Source: Nitrospirota bacterium (GTDB lineage: Bacteria; Nitrospirota; RBG-16-64-22). Taken from it: a DNA stretch of 55,251 nt. Made by a program: the position numbers and the translations under genes. The stretch's first letter is position 1. Every line of letters starts with the position of its first letter. Shown here piece after piece: positions 28,267 to 37,138 of the stretch. Location of the stretch: the NCBI GenBank assembly GCA_016195465.1, contig JACPZO010000065.1:1-55251 (forward strand), given 5' to 3'. The notes below the pieces were generated by a model. It worked only from the letters and a program-made list of their open reading frames with translations. It was not told the origin of the DNA and did no database searches.

Positions 28267-30158
28267 GAAGGCTGTCGGGGACGAGGGTCCGGAGAGCGGC
28301 ATGGCTGGCGGCGGCGGTCTGGCTGGCGCTCGTTTCGCCGGCGGGGGCCGAGGCGCCGCCGGCGCCCAAGACGCTCTCGCCGGATCTCCCGTCTCTCTGG
28401 GCACAGCACCGCGAATCGCTTCGCTCGCCCAATCCATCCCAGACGACGGCCGAGATCGTCCGCGCCATTCGGGAGTCCCAGCTCGACCGGGGGATCCAGT
28501 CGCTTCCGGCTTTCTCGGCAGCCTTGGTGGAGGAGGCCCGGCGCGCCGTCCGGATCCACGAGTACGAGCTGGCCGTCGACCTCCTGCGGGGGGCGAGGGA
28601 CCTGGCGCCGGACTACCCGCCCGTCTATTTCGAACTGGCCCGCGTCTACTGGCTCCAGAACAAGTTGAACGCGCTCAAGGTGATGGACGAGCTGGCGAGC
28701 GGCGTCGGGGCCATCTCGCAGAATTTCTGGTGGTCGTTCTACAAGACCGGGAACTTCATCCTCCTGGCCATCACGGCGTTGTTCGTCTCCTTCTTCCTGG
28801 GCAGCCTCATCCTCCTGGTGCGGACGACTCCCCTGATCCGGCACGCGCTGTCGGAGGCCGTCGGCGGGAAGGTCCCCGGCATTGTCCTTGCGGCCGTGCC
28901 GTGGGCCATGGTCGTCCTTCCCGTCGTTCTCGGGTTCGGAATCGCCTGGGCGATCATCCTTGCGGCGCTCTGGATGTGGGTCTTCCTGTCGCGCAAGGAG
29001 CAGGTTGTCGTGGGGCTTTTCGTCCTGTTTCTGGCGTTGATGCCGCTGGCTCTCGACGCTCTCGCCGTCTTCGTCCTCGGGGGCTCTTCTCCCACAGTGA
29101 AGGTGCTGAGCGAGGTCCGGGACGGGCTGGTGTCGGCCGAGTCGGCCGCGTACCTCGCGCGGGCCGACGGGGTCCGGACGAACCCGACGCTCCTTCTGGC
29201 GCGCGGGCTCGTGGCGAAGAGGGAAGGGCGGCTGGCGGACGCCGTCCGGGATTACGAAGCGTACGCGGCCGCGGGACCGCGCCCGGCCGCCGCCCGGAAC
29301 AACCTGGGGAACGTCTACTACACGGCGGGCGATCTCGATCGGGCGGCCGCGGAGTACCGGGAGGCCGTCCGGATCGATCCCAAGCTCGTGACGGCCCGCT
29401 ACAACCTGAGCCAGGTGACGCGCGAGCTGTTCCGGTTCGACGAGGGGGACCAGCTCTATATCCAGGCGCGGGAACTCGACGCCGAGGCGGTCAGCTCGTA
29501 CCGGCGCATCGCGGGCCCGCATCCGAACCGCGTGGTCGTGGATGAAAACCTGACGCTTGCGGACCTGTGGAAGGGCGTCGAGGCGTCGGGTGCCCGCCGC
29601 GTGGAAGTCTCCGAGGCGCTCTGGTCGCGCTTCATGAGGGGCATCAGCCTCCAGGTCCTTCCGATTTTCACGGGCGGTCTTCTGGTGCTCGTTCCCCTGC
29701 TGGGATATACGCTGGGACGCCGGCTCTCCGTCCCTTACGCCTGCCGCAAGTGCGGCCGGGTCATCTGCGACGAATGCCAGGTCGCGACGAAAGAGCGGAT
29801 GTGCAACGCATGCCACCAGACGCTCATCACGATGGTCGGGATCGACGTGAAGGACCGCGTTCGCAAGATCCTCGAGATACAGAAACACCGAGAGCGGGAG
29901 TCGTTCGTCACGCGGCTTCTGTCGTTCCTCCTGCCCGGCGGGGGGCACATCCTGATGGGGCGGACGGGCGTCGGGATCCTGGCGCTGTTCGTGGTTGTTC
30001 TGTGGGTCCTGACCTGGCTCTTGTCCGGGTCGTTCCTGCTCGTGCCGGGCGAGGTGTACCGGGAGACGACAGCCGCCGGGACCGCCGTCTTTCTCATCGT
30101 CCTGGGTTTGTTCGATCTGTTCATCGTTCGTCATGCCTACCGAATCCACCAGACGTGA
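28263..30158 (+). CDS. TPR-repeat membrane protein with a C-terminal zinc-ribbon
   Basis: GTG start (GTGA overlap). It has a signal-like N-terminus, several TM segments, a TPR unit (ARNNLGNVYYTAGDLDRAAAEYREAVRIDP) and CRKCGRVICDECQVATKERMCNACH. Confidence 0.7.
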   Translation: MRRLSGTRVRRAAWLAAAVWLALVSPAGAEAPPAPKTLSPDLPSLWAQHRESLRSPNPSQTTAEIVRAIRESQLDRGIQSLPAFSAALVEEARRAVRIHEYELAVDLLRGARDLAPDYPPVYFELARVYWLQNKLNALKVMDELASGVGAISQNFWWSFYKTGNFILLAITALFVSFFLGSLILLVRTTPLIRHALSEAVGGKVPGIVLAAVPWAMVVLPVVLGFGIAWAIILAALWMWVFLSRKEQVVVGLFVLFLALMPLALDALAVFVLGGSSPTVKVLSEVRDGLVSAESAAYLARADGVRTNPTLLLARGLVAKREGRLADAVRDYEAYAAAGPRPAAARNNLGNVYYTAGDLDRAAAEYREAVRIDPKLVTARYNLSQVTRELFRFDEGDQLYIQARELDAEAVSSYRRIAGPHPNRVVVDENLTLADLWKGVEASGARRVEVSEALWSRFMRGISLQVLPIFTGGLLVLVPLLGYTLGRRLSVPYACRKCGRVICDECQVATKERMCNACHQTLITMVGIDVKDRVRKILEIQKHRERESFVTRLLSFLLPGGGHILMGRTGVGILALFVVVLWVLTWLLSGSFLLVPGEVYRETTAAGTAVFLIVLGLFDLFIVRHAYRIHQT

Positions 30159-30181
30159 GATGAGGCGGGGAGAGGCTGATC

Positions 30182-31567
30182 GTGGCGCTTGAAGGCAGCA
30201 TCCGGGATTTCGGGCTCACCGACATCTTCCAGCTTATCGCCATCCAGAAGAAGTCCGGCGTCCTCGAGCTGACGAGCGATCTCGACAACATCGGGATCTA
30301 TTTCCACGACGGCCAGATCGTCCGCGTGAAGGCGCTCAAGAAGGACGAGTCGATCCTTCTCGGCCAACTGCTCGTTCGATCGGGGCGGATCACGGCGGAA
30401 CAGCTTCGGAAGGCGCTCGAGATCCAGCGGGAGACCATGCAGAAGCTGGGCTACATCCTGGCGGCGAACAACTTTCTGGGCGAGAAGGACCTGCGCGAAA
30501 CGCTCCACTATCAGATGCTGGAGACCGCGTACAAGGTGTTCCGGTGGAACCGGGGCCACTACAAGTTCAGCCAGGAGGTCGTCACGTTCGATCCGGCCCT
30601 GACGATCCCGATCGATCCCGAGCACGTCCTCATGGACGGCATCCGGATGATCGACGAGTGGCCGATGATCGAGGCCAAGATCCGGACGTTCGACTCGGTC
30701 TACGCGCGGGTGGAGGGGATCGAGGAGAGACTCAAGCGGCCGTCGCGGGCGCCGATCGACAAGGTCGAGGCGGAGTTCAAGGCGATCGTCTCGCGCCTGG
30801 AGCCGAAGGAGAAAACGGAAGATCTGTCCGAGATCGAGGAGGAGATCGAGGGGCGAGTCTCGCGGTCCGGCTTGACGGAAGAGGAGGAGATCGTTCTCTC
30901 GCTGGTCGACGGCCGCCGGGACGTTCACGAGATCATCGACGCGAGCCGGCTGGGGGAGTTCGGCGCCTGCAAGGCCCTGGCGGGGCTCCTGGACAAGGGA
31001 TTCATCCAGGAGGTGGGCCGAAAATCGCGCCCCCAGGAGGAAAAACCTCCCCGTCGGTTCGAGTGGCTCTCGATCTTCGGAAACGCCGCGTTTTACGGCG
31101 TTCTCGGCGTCGGGCTGGCGCTCGCCCTCTTGTTGTGGTTCGTGCGGATGGGAGGGATCCCGTCTCTCTTCGGCAGCGTATCCGACGGGACGATCCTGCC
31201 GTATGCGGCGATGAACCGTCTCGACATGCTCAGGTTCCTCGCGGAGACCCACGAGCTCCGGACCGGCCGGCCCCCGGCCGTCGTGGAGGACCTCGTCAAG
31301 GCCGGGCTCGCGCGCCGGTCGGACATCGTCGATCCGTGGGGGCGCACGATCCGGATCGAGCCGGCCGGGACGGGAGGGATCGTTCTGCGTTCGGTGGGTC
31401 CGGACGGGACGGCCGACACGGCGGACGACCTCATTCTCGCGGGTCGGACGCGGATGGGACCGAAGGGCGAGGAACCCGGTCCCGGTTCGGCGAAGCAATC
31501 GCTTGACAAGGGTGACTCGGCCAAGGATAATCCACCACCGCCGAATACGGGAGAGAGGAAACAGTGA
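30182..31567 (+). CDS. DUF4388-domain protein with a GspG-like C-terminal module
   Basis: The N-terminus LEGSIRDFGLTDIFQLIAIQKKSGVLEL matches DUF4388. There is one TM segment. The C-terminus DPWGRTIRIEPAGTGGIVLRSVGPDGTADTADDLIL resembles the T2SS pseudopilin GspG C-terminal motif. Confidence 0.7.
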   Translation: MALEGSIRDFGLTDIFQLIAIQKKSGVLELTSDLDNIGIYFHDGQIVRVKALKKDESILLGQLLVRSGRITAEQLRKALEIQRETMQKLGYILAANNFLGEKDLRETLHYQMLETAYKVFRWNRGHYKFSQEVVTFDPALTIPIDPEHVLMDGIRMIDEWPMIEAKIRTFDSVYARVEGIEERLKRPSRAPIDKVEAEFKAIVSRLEPKEKTEDLSEIEEEIEGRVSRSGLTEEEEIVLSLVDGRRDVHEIIDASRLGEFGACKALAGLLDKGFIQEVGRKSRPQEEKPPRRFEWLSIFGNAAFYGVLGVGLALALLLWFVRMGGIPSLFGSVSDGTILPYAAMNRLDMLRFLAETHELRTGRPPAVVEDLVKAGLARRSDIVDPWGRTIRIEPAGTGGIVLRSVGPDGTADTADDLILAGRTRMGPKGEEPGPGSAKQSLDKGDSAKDNPPPPNTGERKQ

Positions 31568-32007
31568 AAGTCATCCTGAAAGAAGACATCGAGACGCTGG
31601 GAAAGGCCGGGGACCTCGTCAACGTCAAGCCCGGATACGCCCGCAACTACCTAGTGCCGCGGGCCAAGGCCGTGGAAGCGAGCGCGGAGAATATCCGGCT
31701 CGTGGATCACGAAAGAGCCGTCGCGCGGGAGCGGATGCAGAAGATCCGCCGCGAGGCCGAAGAAATCGCCCGGCGGATCGCCGAGACGCCGCTTGTCATT
31801 CGGCAGGCGGCGGGCGAGGAAGACAAGCTGTTCGGGGCCGTGACGACTCAGGACATCGCCCGGCTCTTGTCGGAGAACGGAATCGCGGTCGATCGCCGGA
31901 AGATCGTTCTCGAAGAGCCGATCAAACGCCTGGGCGAGTTCGAGATCCCGGTGAAGCTCCCGGCGGACGTGATCGGCAAGCTCGTGGTCACGGTCGAGCG
32001 GACCTGA
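31564..32007 (+). CDS. rplI: 50S ribosomal protein L9
   Basis: MKVILKEDIETLGKAGDLVNVKPGYARNYLVPRAKAV is the canonical L9 N-terminus. Confidence 0.95.
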   Translation: MKVILKEDIETLGKAGDLVNVKPGYARNYLVPRAKAVEASAENIRLVDHERAVARERMQKIRREAEEIARRIAETPLVIRQAAGEEDKLFGAVTTQDIARLLSENGIAVDRRKIVLEEPIKRLGEFEIPVKLPADVIGKLVVTVERT

Positions 32008-32125
32008 TTTTTCCCTCACGGAGGAGTCCCGCCGCGGGGCGGACGGGTCCCGCGGTTCTTCTTGGCGGTTGTTCCCGATCTGGATTTGACTTTTTCCGCA
32101 CGGTTGCTCCCGGGGCCGAAATCCG

Positions 32126-33493
32126 ATGCCCGAAGGCTATTTCAATCCCGACCGCGTTCCTCCGCAGAACATCGAAGCGGAACAGAGCGTCCTGGGGGCC
32201 ATCCTCCTCGATAACGAGTCGCTCACCGACGTTCTGGAAATCCTGACCGATTCCGATTTCTACCGCGAATCCCACCGGAAGATCTTCCGGGGCGTCATGG
32301 CCCTGTGGGAGAAGGGCGGAGGCATCGATACCGTGACCCTGGCCGATTGGCTCAGGGGCCGCGGCGAGCTCGAATCGGTCGGGGGCGCTTCATACATCGC
32401 AAGCCTTCTGCACGACATCCCCACCGCGGCCAACATCGCCTACCATGCCCGGATCGTCCGCGAGAAAGCGGTCCTCCGTCAGCTCATCCACTCCGTGACG
32501 GATATCGCCGGGCGGGGGTACGAGGGGGCCATGGAGCTTCCCGAACTGCTCGACTACGCCGAAAAGAAGATCTTCGAGATCTCCGAGCGGAAGGTCCGTC
32601 CCTCGTTCATCGGCATGCGCGAGATCGTCAAGGACAGCTTCGAGATGATCGACCGCCTCTACGAGAGGCAGGAGAGGATCACGGGCGTTCCCTCGGGGTT
32701 CACCGATCTCGATCAGTTGACGGCCGGGTTCCAGGCGAGCGACCTCATCATCGTCGCGGGACGTCCGGCCATGGGGAAGACCGCCTTCTGTCTGAATATC
32801 GCCCAGCACCTCGGGATACACAAGCGGCTGCCGGTTGCCGTTTTCAGCCTGGAGATGGCGGCCCGCCAGCTCGTGATCCGGATGCTCTGCTCGGAGGCGC
32901 GCGTCGACGCGCACAAGCTCCGGTCCGGCTTCCTCGCCGATTCCGACTTTCCCCGCCTTGCCAACGCGGCCGGCCGGCTGTCGGAGGCTCCGATCTACAT
33001 CGACGATACCTCATCGCCGACCGTGCTCGAGATCCGCGCGAAGGCCCGCCGCCTGAAAGCCGACCAGGGGCTCGCGCTCGTCGTCGTGGACTACCTCCAG
33101 CTCGTTCGCGGCCGAGCGGGCGTGGAGAGCCGTGTTCAGGAGATCTCGGAGATCTCGCGGGGGCTCAAGGCCCTGGCGAAGGAGCTGGACGTTCCCGTGA
33201 TCGCTCTCTCCCAGCTCAACCGCGCCGTCGAGGGGCGAAACGACCGAAGGCCTCTCATGGCCGACCTGCGCGAGTCGGGCGCGATCGAGCAGGACGCCGA
33301 CCTCATCATCTTCATCTACCGCGACGAGGTGTACCGGCCCGACAACGAGGACACGAAGGGGAAGGCCGAGATCATCGTGGCGAAACAGCGGAACGGTCCG
33401 ACCGACACGGTCGAGCTCGCCTTCCTGAACAACTACACGCGATTCGAAAACCTCTCCACCCATCGGGCGGAAGAACCAGCCTTCGCCGTCTAG
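32126..33493 (+). CDS. dnaB: replicative DNA helicase
   Basis: PPQNIEAEQSVLGAILLDN, Walker A AGRPAMGKTAF and LSQLNRAVE....RPLMADLRESGAIEQDAD. Confidence 0.95.
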   Translation: MPEGYFNPDRVPPQNIEAEQSVLGAILLDNESLTDVLEILTDSDFYRESHRKIFRGVMALWEKGGGIDTVTLADWLRGRGELESVGGASYIASLLHDIPTAANIAYHARIVREKAVLRQLIHSVTDIAGRGYEGAMELPELLDYAEKKIFEISERKVRPSFIGMREIVKDSFEMIDRLYERQERITGVPSGFTDLDQLTAGFQASDLIIVAGRPAMGKTAFCLNIAQHLGIHKRLPVAVFSLEMAARQLVIRMLCSEARVDAHKLRSGFLADSDFPRLANAAGRLSEAPIYIDDTSSPTVLEIRAKARRLKADQGLALVVVDYLQLVRGRAGVESRVQEISEISRGLKALAKELDVPVIALSQLNRAVEGRNDRRPLMADLRESGAIEQDADLIIFIYRDEVYRPDNEDTKGKAEIIVAKQRNGPTDTVELAFLNNYTRFENLSTHRAEEPAFAV

Positions 33494-34180
33494 ATGTCCC
33501 ACCTGCATCTTCCCGACGGAGTCCTGCCGGTCTGGCTGTGGATTGCCGGTCTGCTTGCGGCGGCCGCGATCAACGGCGCGGCCATGTGGGCCCTGCGGGG
33601 CGGCGATCTGCGGAGGACCGTTCCCCGGATCGGCGTCTTCGCGGGGCTGATGCTCGTGGGCATGAACCTGGAGATCGTCCCGATCGCGTACCACGTCAAC
33701 CTTGCGGCCCTGACCGGAATCGTGCTCCCGCCGGCGCACGCCGTGGTCGCCGTGACGCTCGTCAACCTGACGCTCGCCACGATGGGTCACGGCGGCGTCA
33801 CCGTCACGGGCGTCAATGCGACCCTGCTGTCGATCGAAGCGGTCGCGGCGGGACTGCTTTTCCGCGTCTCGCGCCGCTTCGTTTTGCCGTGGAAAGCCGC
33901 GGCCGCCTCGACCCTGGGATCGCTCATCCTCTCGACGGGGGCGGCCCTCGGGGTCATCGCGGCGGGGGGGATCGACCTGGGGCGCGCGGGGGAGTGGGGC
34001 GGACTGTTGGGCGGGCGGCCTGGAGAAGCCGGTTTTCGCCTGCCGGACTTCGCCGCCGTTTTTCTTCCACTGGCCGCCGTTGGATGGATCATCGAGACGG
34101 TCGTCTCCGCTTCCCTCGTTCGCTTCCTCGTCCAGGTACGCCCGCACCTGATCGAAGATCCGCCGGAGAAGCGGTCGTGA
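33494..34180 (+). CDS. cbiM: ECF transporter substrate-capture component, CbiM/NikM family
   Basis: The N-terminal HLPDG motif (MSHLHLPDGVL) and a multi-TM profile are typical of CbiM/NikM. Confidence 0.65.
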   Translation: MSHLHLPDGVLPVWLWIAGLLAAAAINGAAMWALRGGDLRRTVPRIGVFAGLMLVGMNLEIVPIAYHVNLAALTGIVLPPAHAVVAVTLVNLTLATMGHGGVTVTGVNATLLSIEAVAAGLLFRVSRRFVLPWKAAAASTLGSLILSTGAALGVIAAGGIDLGRAGEWGGLLGGRPGEAGFRLPDFAAVFLPLAAVGWIIETVVSASLVRFLVQVRPHLIEDPPEKRS

Positions 34181-34998
34181 CGCGGTTCGACCTCGGGCGG
34201 ATCGACTATCACGCCACGCAACGGCGGAGCCTGATGCACGCCGCCTCGCCGCAGGCCAAGCTCGCCGCCCTCGCCCTCCTCGTCGCGTCGGTCGTCGTGT
34301 CGACTCGCGTCGAAGTCCTGGGCCTTCTGGCGGCCGGAGCCCTTTTCCTCGCCCTCGCGTCCCGCGCGCCGATCCGCGATCTCGCGAGTCTCGCCCTCTT
34401 CCCCGTTCTCATGGCCTCGCTCCTGGCGTTGAGTCAGATCCGGGGCGGCTGGACACTCCCGGTTCTCATCATGCTCAAGGTGTTGACCGTGTCGCTGGGG
34501 ACTCTTTCCGTCGTCCTCTGCACCCCCTACCACGAGATATTCCACCTGGTCAATCACTGCCTGCCGGCGCTTCTCGCCGACTCCCTCCTGATGGCGTACA
34601 GGGCCTTCTTCATCCTCCTCGATCGGGCGGGACGGGTGTGGGCGACGCTCACGCTCCGCGGCGGGTGGCAGGCGGCGCATCCGGTCCGGTCGCTGAGGAA
34701 CGCGGCGAACGTGCTGGGGCTCCTGGTCGTGGACGCGGCCGACCGGGTGCAGAACCTCTACGACGTCATGCGCGTCCGGGGATACCGCGCGGGGACGATC
34801 CAGCGGCACGTCTGGGTCGGCTGGCGTCCGTGGAACATCCCCCCCCTCGGCCTCACGTCGGTCATGCTGTTCGTCTCTCTGGGGGGAGAGAACCTCCTTC
34901 CGTTCACCCTTCAGCCGGTGACGGCCGGCCTGCTGACGGCCGGGGCCCTTCTCTTGTGGCTGCGTCAGGAGGCGCGGTGGAACCGATCATCCGCGTAA
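34177..34998 (+). CDS. cbiQ: ECF transporter transmembrane (T) component, CbiQ family
   Basis: This is the C-terminal 273 codons of the artefactual 897-aa ORF 32305..34998. GTG start with a GTGA overlap with cbiM. Hydrophobic CbiQ-like profile with ...MRVRGY... Confidence 0.65.
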   Translation: MTRFDLGRIDYHATQRRSLMHAASPQAKLAALALLVASVVVSTRVEVLGLLAAGALFLALASRAPIRDLASLALFPVLMASLLALSQIRGGWTLPVLIMLKVLTVSLGTLSVVLCTPYHEIFHLVNHCLPALLADSLLMAYRAFFILLDRAGRVWATLTLRGGWQAAHPVRSLRNAANVLGLLVVDAADRVQNLYDVMRVRGYRAGTIQRHVWVGWRPWNIPPLGLTSVMLFVSLGGENLLPFTLQPVTAGLLTAGALLLWLRQEARWNRSSA

Positions 34999-35831
34999 GC
35001 TGCGTCCGGCACACCTATCCCGACCGGACAAGCGTTCACTTGTGCGGCCTCGACTTCGTCGTGCCGCCGGGCCGCCGGGTCGTCGTCCTGGGGCCGAACG
35101 GATCGGGCAAGACGACGCTTCTCTCGCACATCCTGGGACTGCTCGCGCCCGACGAGGGGACGGTGCGCGTTCTCGGCGTCGACCCGGCGCGCGAGTTCTC
35201 CCGGATCCGCGAGAGGATCGGCGTCGTCTTCCAGAACGTCGACCAGCAGATCATCGGGCCGACGGTCTACGACGACGTCTCGTTCTCGCCCCGCAACTAC
35301 GGCTACGCGGAGAAGGAGACGGAGCGAATGGCCGACGAGATCATGGGGGACCTGGGGATCGGCCCGCTCCGGGACAAGGTCTGCCATTACCTGTCGGGGG
35401 GCGAGAAGAGGAAGGCCGCCCTGGCGGGCGCGCTCGTCCTCCGGCCGGATCTTCTCGTCCTGGACGAGCCGTTCGAGGGGCTTGACCCCAGATCGAAAGG
35501 CGACCTGGTCGCCTTGCTGAACCGCATCCATCGGGAACGGGGGATGACGATCGTCCTCTCGACCCACGACGTCAACATCGTTCCGCCGATGGCCGACGAG
35601 GTCTATCTCCTCGCGGCCGGCGGCGAGATCAGGCACCGTGGAGGCCCCGCGGAGATCTTCGCCGAGCCCGCCCGTCTGCGCGAGGCGAACCTGGAGGCGC
35701 CCATTCTCACCGAGGTCTTCCAGGGACTCAGGGAGCGGGGGATTTCCGTTTCGATTCCGATCACGCCGTCCGAGGCGGTCGAGAGCGTGCTTAAGCTCTT
35801 GAAGGAGGGGCGGGGAGGGGGGGTGGGGTGA
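34977..35831 (+). CDS. cbiO: ECF/ABC transporter ATP-binding protein, CbiO family
   Basis: GPNGSGKTTLL (Walker A), LSGGEKRKAALAG (signature) and LLVLDEPFEGLD (Walker B). The GTG start was inferred. Confidence 0.8.
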   Translation: MEPIIRVSCVRHTYPDRTSVHLCGLDFVVPPGRRVVVLGPNGSGKTTLLSHILGLLAPDEGTVRVLGVDPAREFSRIRERIGVVFQNVDQQIIGPTVYDDVSFSPRNYGYAEKETERMADEIMGDLGIGPLRDKVCHYLSGGEKRKAALAGALVLRPDLLVLDEPFEGLDPRSKGDLVALLNRIHRERGMTIVLSTHDVNIVPPMADEVYLLAAGGEIRHRGGPAEIFAEPARLREANLEAPILTEVFQGLRERGISVSIPITPSEAVESVLKLLKEGRGGGVG

Positions 35832-35840
35832 AGATGGACT

Positions 35841-35980
35841 ATTGCAAATTGAAAATTGTAAATTTGAAATTGAAAATTTTCAATCAACAAATGGGGCAAG
35901 CCGTGGGTCGGGTTAGCGAAGCGTAACCCGACGATGGATCTCAAGATTGCAAATTGAAAATTGAAAATTCTCAATCGGAA
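35841..35980. repeat. composite intergenic repeat: ATTGNAA heptamer arrays flanking a GTCGGGTTA...TAACCCGAC hairpin
   Basis: Six heptamers lie at 35841-35882 (ATTGCAA ATTGAAA ATTGTAA ATTTGAA ATTGAAA ATTTTCA). The hairpin is at 35907-35932. Five heptamers follow at 35946-35980. Confidence 0.85.
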
Positions 35981-36013
35981 AGGCGGTAGCAACTTTACTG
36001 GCCTAGGGAACCA

Positions 36014-36029
36014 TGCTATAGTTGTGCCA
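36014..36029 (-). promoter_or_regulatory. sigma-54-like -24/-12 element (TGGCAC-N5-TAGCA) on the minus strand
   Basis: The reverse complement of 36011-36030 reads TTGGCACAACTATAGCATGG. GG and GC have consensus spacing, with one mismatch to TTGCA. It points away from lptC, into the repeat region. Confidence 0.25.
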
Positions 36030-36034
36030 ATATC

Positions 36035-36610
36035 ATGAGGCATGGTGTCATTCTGATCAACGAACAGCGTCTCAAGTGGGTTTTTCTGGGTCTGTTGGCC
36101 GTCGTCCTGGCCATGGCGGTTTCGTATTTGGGCAAGACGGCCCCCACCGCCCGACCGGAGGCATCCTCCAGTCCATCTGGTCCAACGCAGGCCGAGTCGG
36201 CCATGCAGGGGTTCAGGTTTGCCCAGGACGAGAAGAATTCGTCCTGGAACCTGGAGGCGCGGTCGGCCGAGATCGGCGACGGAGGACGGACGGCGCGGCT
36301 TTCGGACGTCCGGGTGATCGTCCGGAATTCCGACGGGTGGCAGGTGACGGCGACCGGCGCGCAGGGCGTCGTCGGGCTGGAGACGAAGGACATGGAGATC
36401 TCGGGCGGCGTCCGGGCTGTTTCGAGCGATGGGTACACGTTCACCAGCGACCGGCTCAAGTGGTCGGCGCGCGATCAGACGTTAACGACCGAGCAAAAGG
36501 TCGAAATGGAAGGACCCGCCGTGATCGTGCGGGGAACGGGCCTGGTCGTCCACGCGGCGACGAAGCGGGTGCAGGTACTGAGGGACGTGGAGACTACGTT
36601 CAAGCCATGA
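36035..36610 (+). CDS. lptC: LPS export system protein LptC
   Basis: An N-terminal TM anchor followed by a beta-jellyroll-type sequence, positioned immediately before lptA/lptB. Confidence 0.75.
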   Translation: MRHGVILINEQRLKWVFLGLLAVVLAMAVSYLGKTAPTARPEASSSPSGPTQAESAMQGFRFAQDEKNSSWNLEARSAEIGDGGRTARLSDVRVIVRNSDGWQVTATGAQGVVGLETKDMEISGGVRAVSSDGYTFTSDRLKWSARDQTLTTEQKVEMEGPAVIVRGTGLVVHAATKRVQVLRDVETTFKP

Positions 36611-37125
36611 GCGGACGCGCGGCCATCCTTTTCCTTGCGGTTCTGTTCGCCGGCCAGGCGGTTCTTGCGTCGTTGTCCGGAGCCGAAGAGCGCGCGATGG
36701 AGGATCGCGTGACGCGGATCGAGGCCGAGGGGCGCGTCCGGATGGTCCAGGACGGGCGCCGGGCCGTGGCTGAGCGGGCCGTCTACGAACGGGCGGAGGA
36801 GAAAGTGGTGCTCACCGGGAGCCCGAAGGTCTGGGAGGACAAGAACGTCGTCTCCGGTCGGGAGATCACCGTCTTCCTGGAGGAGGACCGCAGCGAGGTC
36901 AAGGACGACGTCCGCGTCATCCTCTACCCCCGCGACGAAGAGAAGCCTTCCGAGACGCCCAAGAAGCCCCGCTCCAACGAGAAAAAGAAAGTTCCCCTGG
37001 TCGTGACGTCCCGGTCGATGACCGCGGACCAGACGAAAAGCCAGATCGTTTTCGAGAACGACGTCGTCGTTCGGCGGAGCGACATGACGCTTACGGCCGA
37101 TCGAGTGACGGTGTTCTACGAATAG
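36607..37125 (+). CDS. lptA: LPS transport periplasmic protein LptA (OstA-like)
   Basis: Signal peptide MSGRAAILFLAVLFAGQAVLA and OstA-like repeats (...AERAVYERAEEKVVLTGSPKVWE...). ATGA overlap with lptC. Confidence 0.8.
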   Translation: MSGRAAILFLAVLFAGQAVLASLSGAEERAMEDRVTRIEAEGRVRMVQDGRRAVAERAVYERAEEKVVLTGSPKVWEDKNVVSGREITVFLEEDRSEVKDDVRVILYPRDEEKPSETPKKPRSNEKKKVPLVVTSRSMTADQTKSQIVFENDVVVRRSDMTLTADRVTVFYE

Positions 37126-37138
37126 CCTCCGACGAGAA

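Noticed and set aside
32008-32070. An intrinsic terminator after rplI (GC-rich CCGCC gcgg GGCGG stem)
   Set aside because: The stem is short and no U-tract follows. The support is insufficient.
32305-34998. An 897-aa plus-strand ORF
   Set aside because: It is an out-of-frame read-through across dnaB and the cbiM-like gene with an Arg/Gly/Pro-rich composition. Only its last 273 codons (34177-34998, CbiQ-like) look real.
35841-35980. The heptamer/octamer arrays (also 39587-39649, 45608-45688, 37982-38013, 51213-51340 and 53425-53456) as CRISPR arrays
   Set aside because: The period is only 7-8 nt with no spacers. There are no cas genes, and the units are degenerate.
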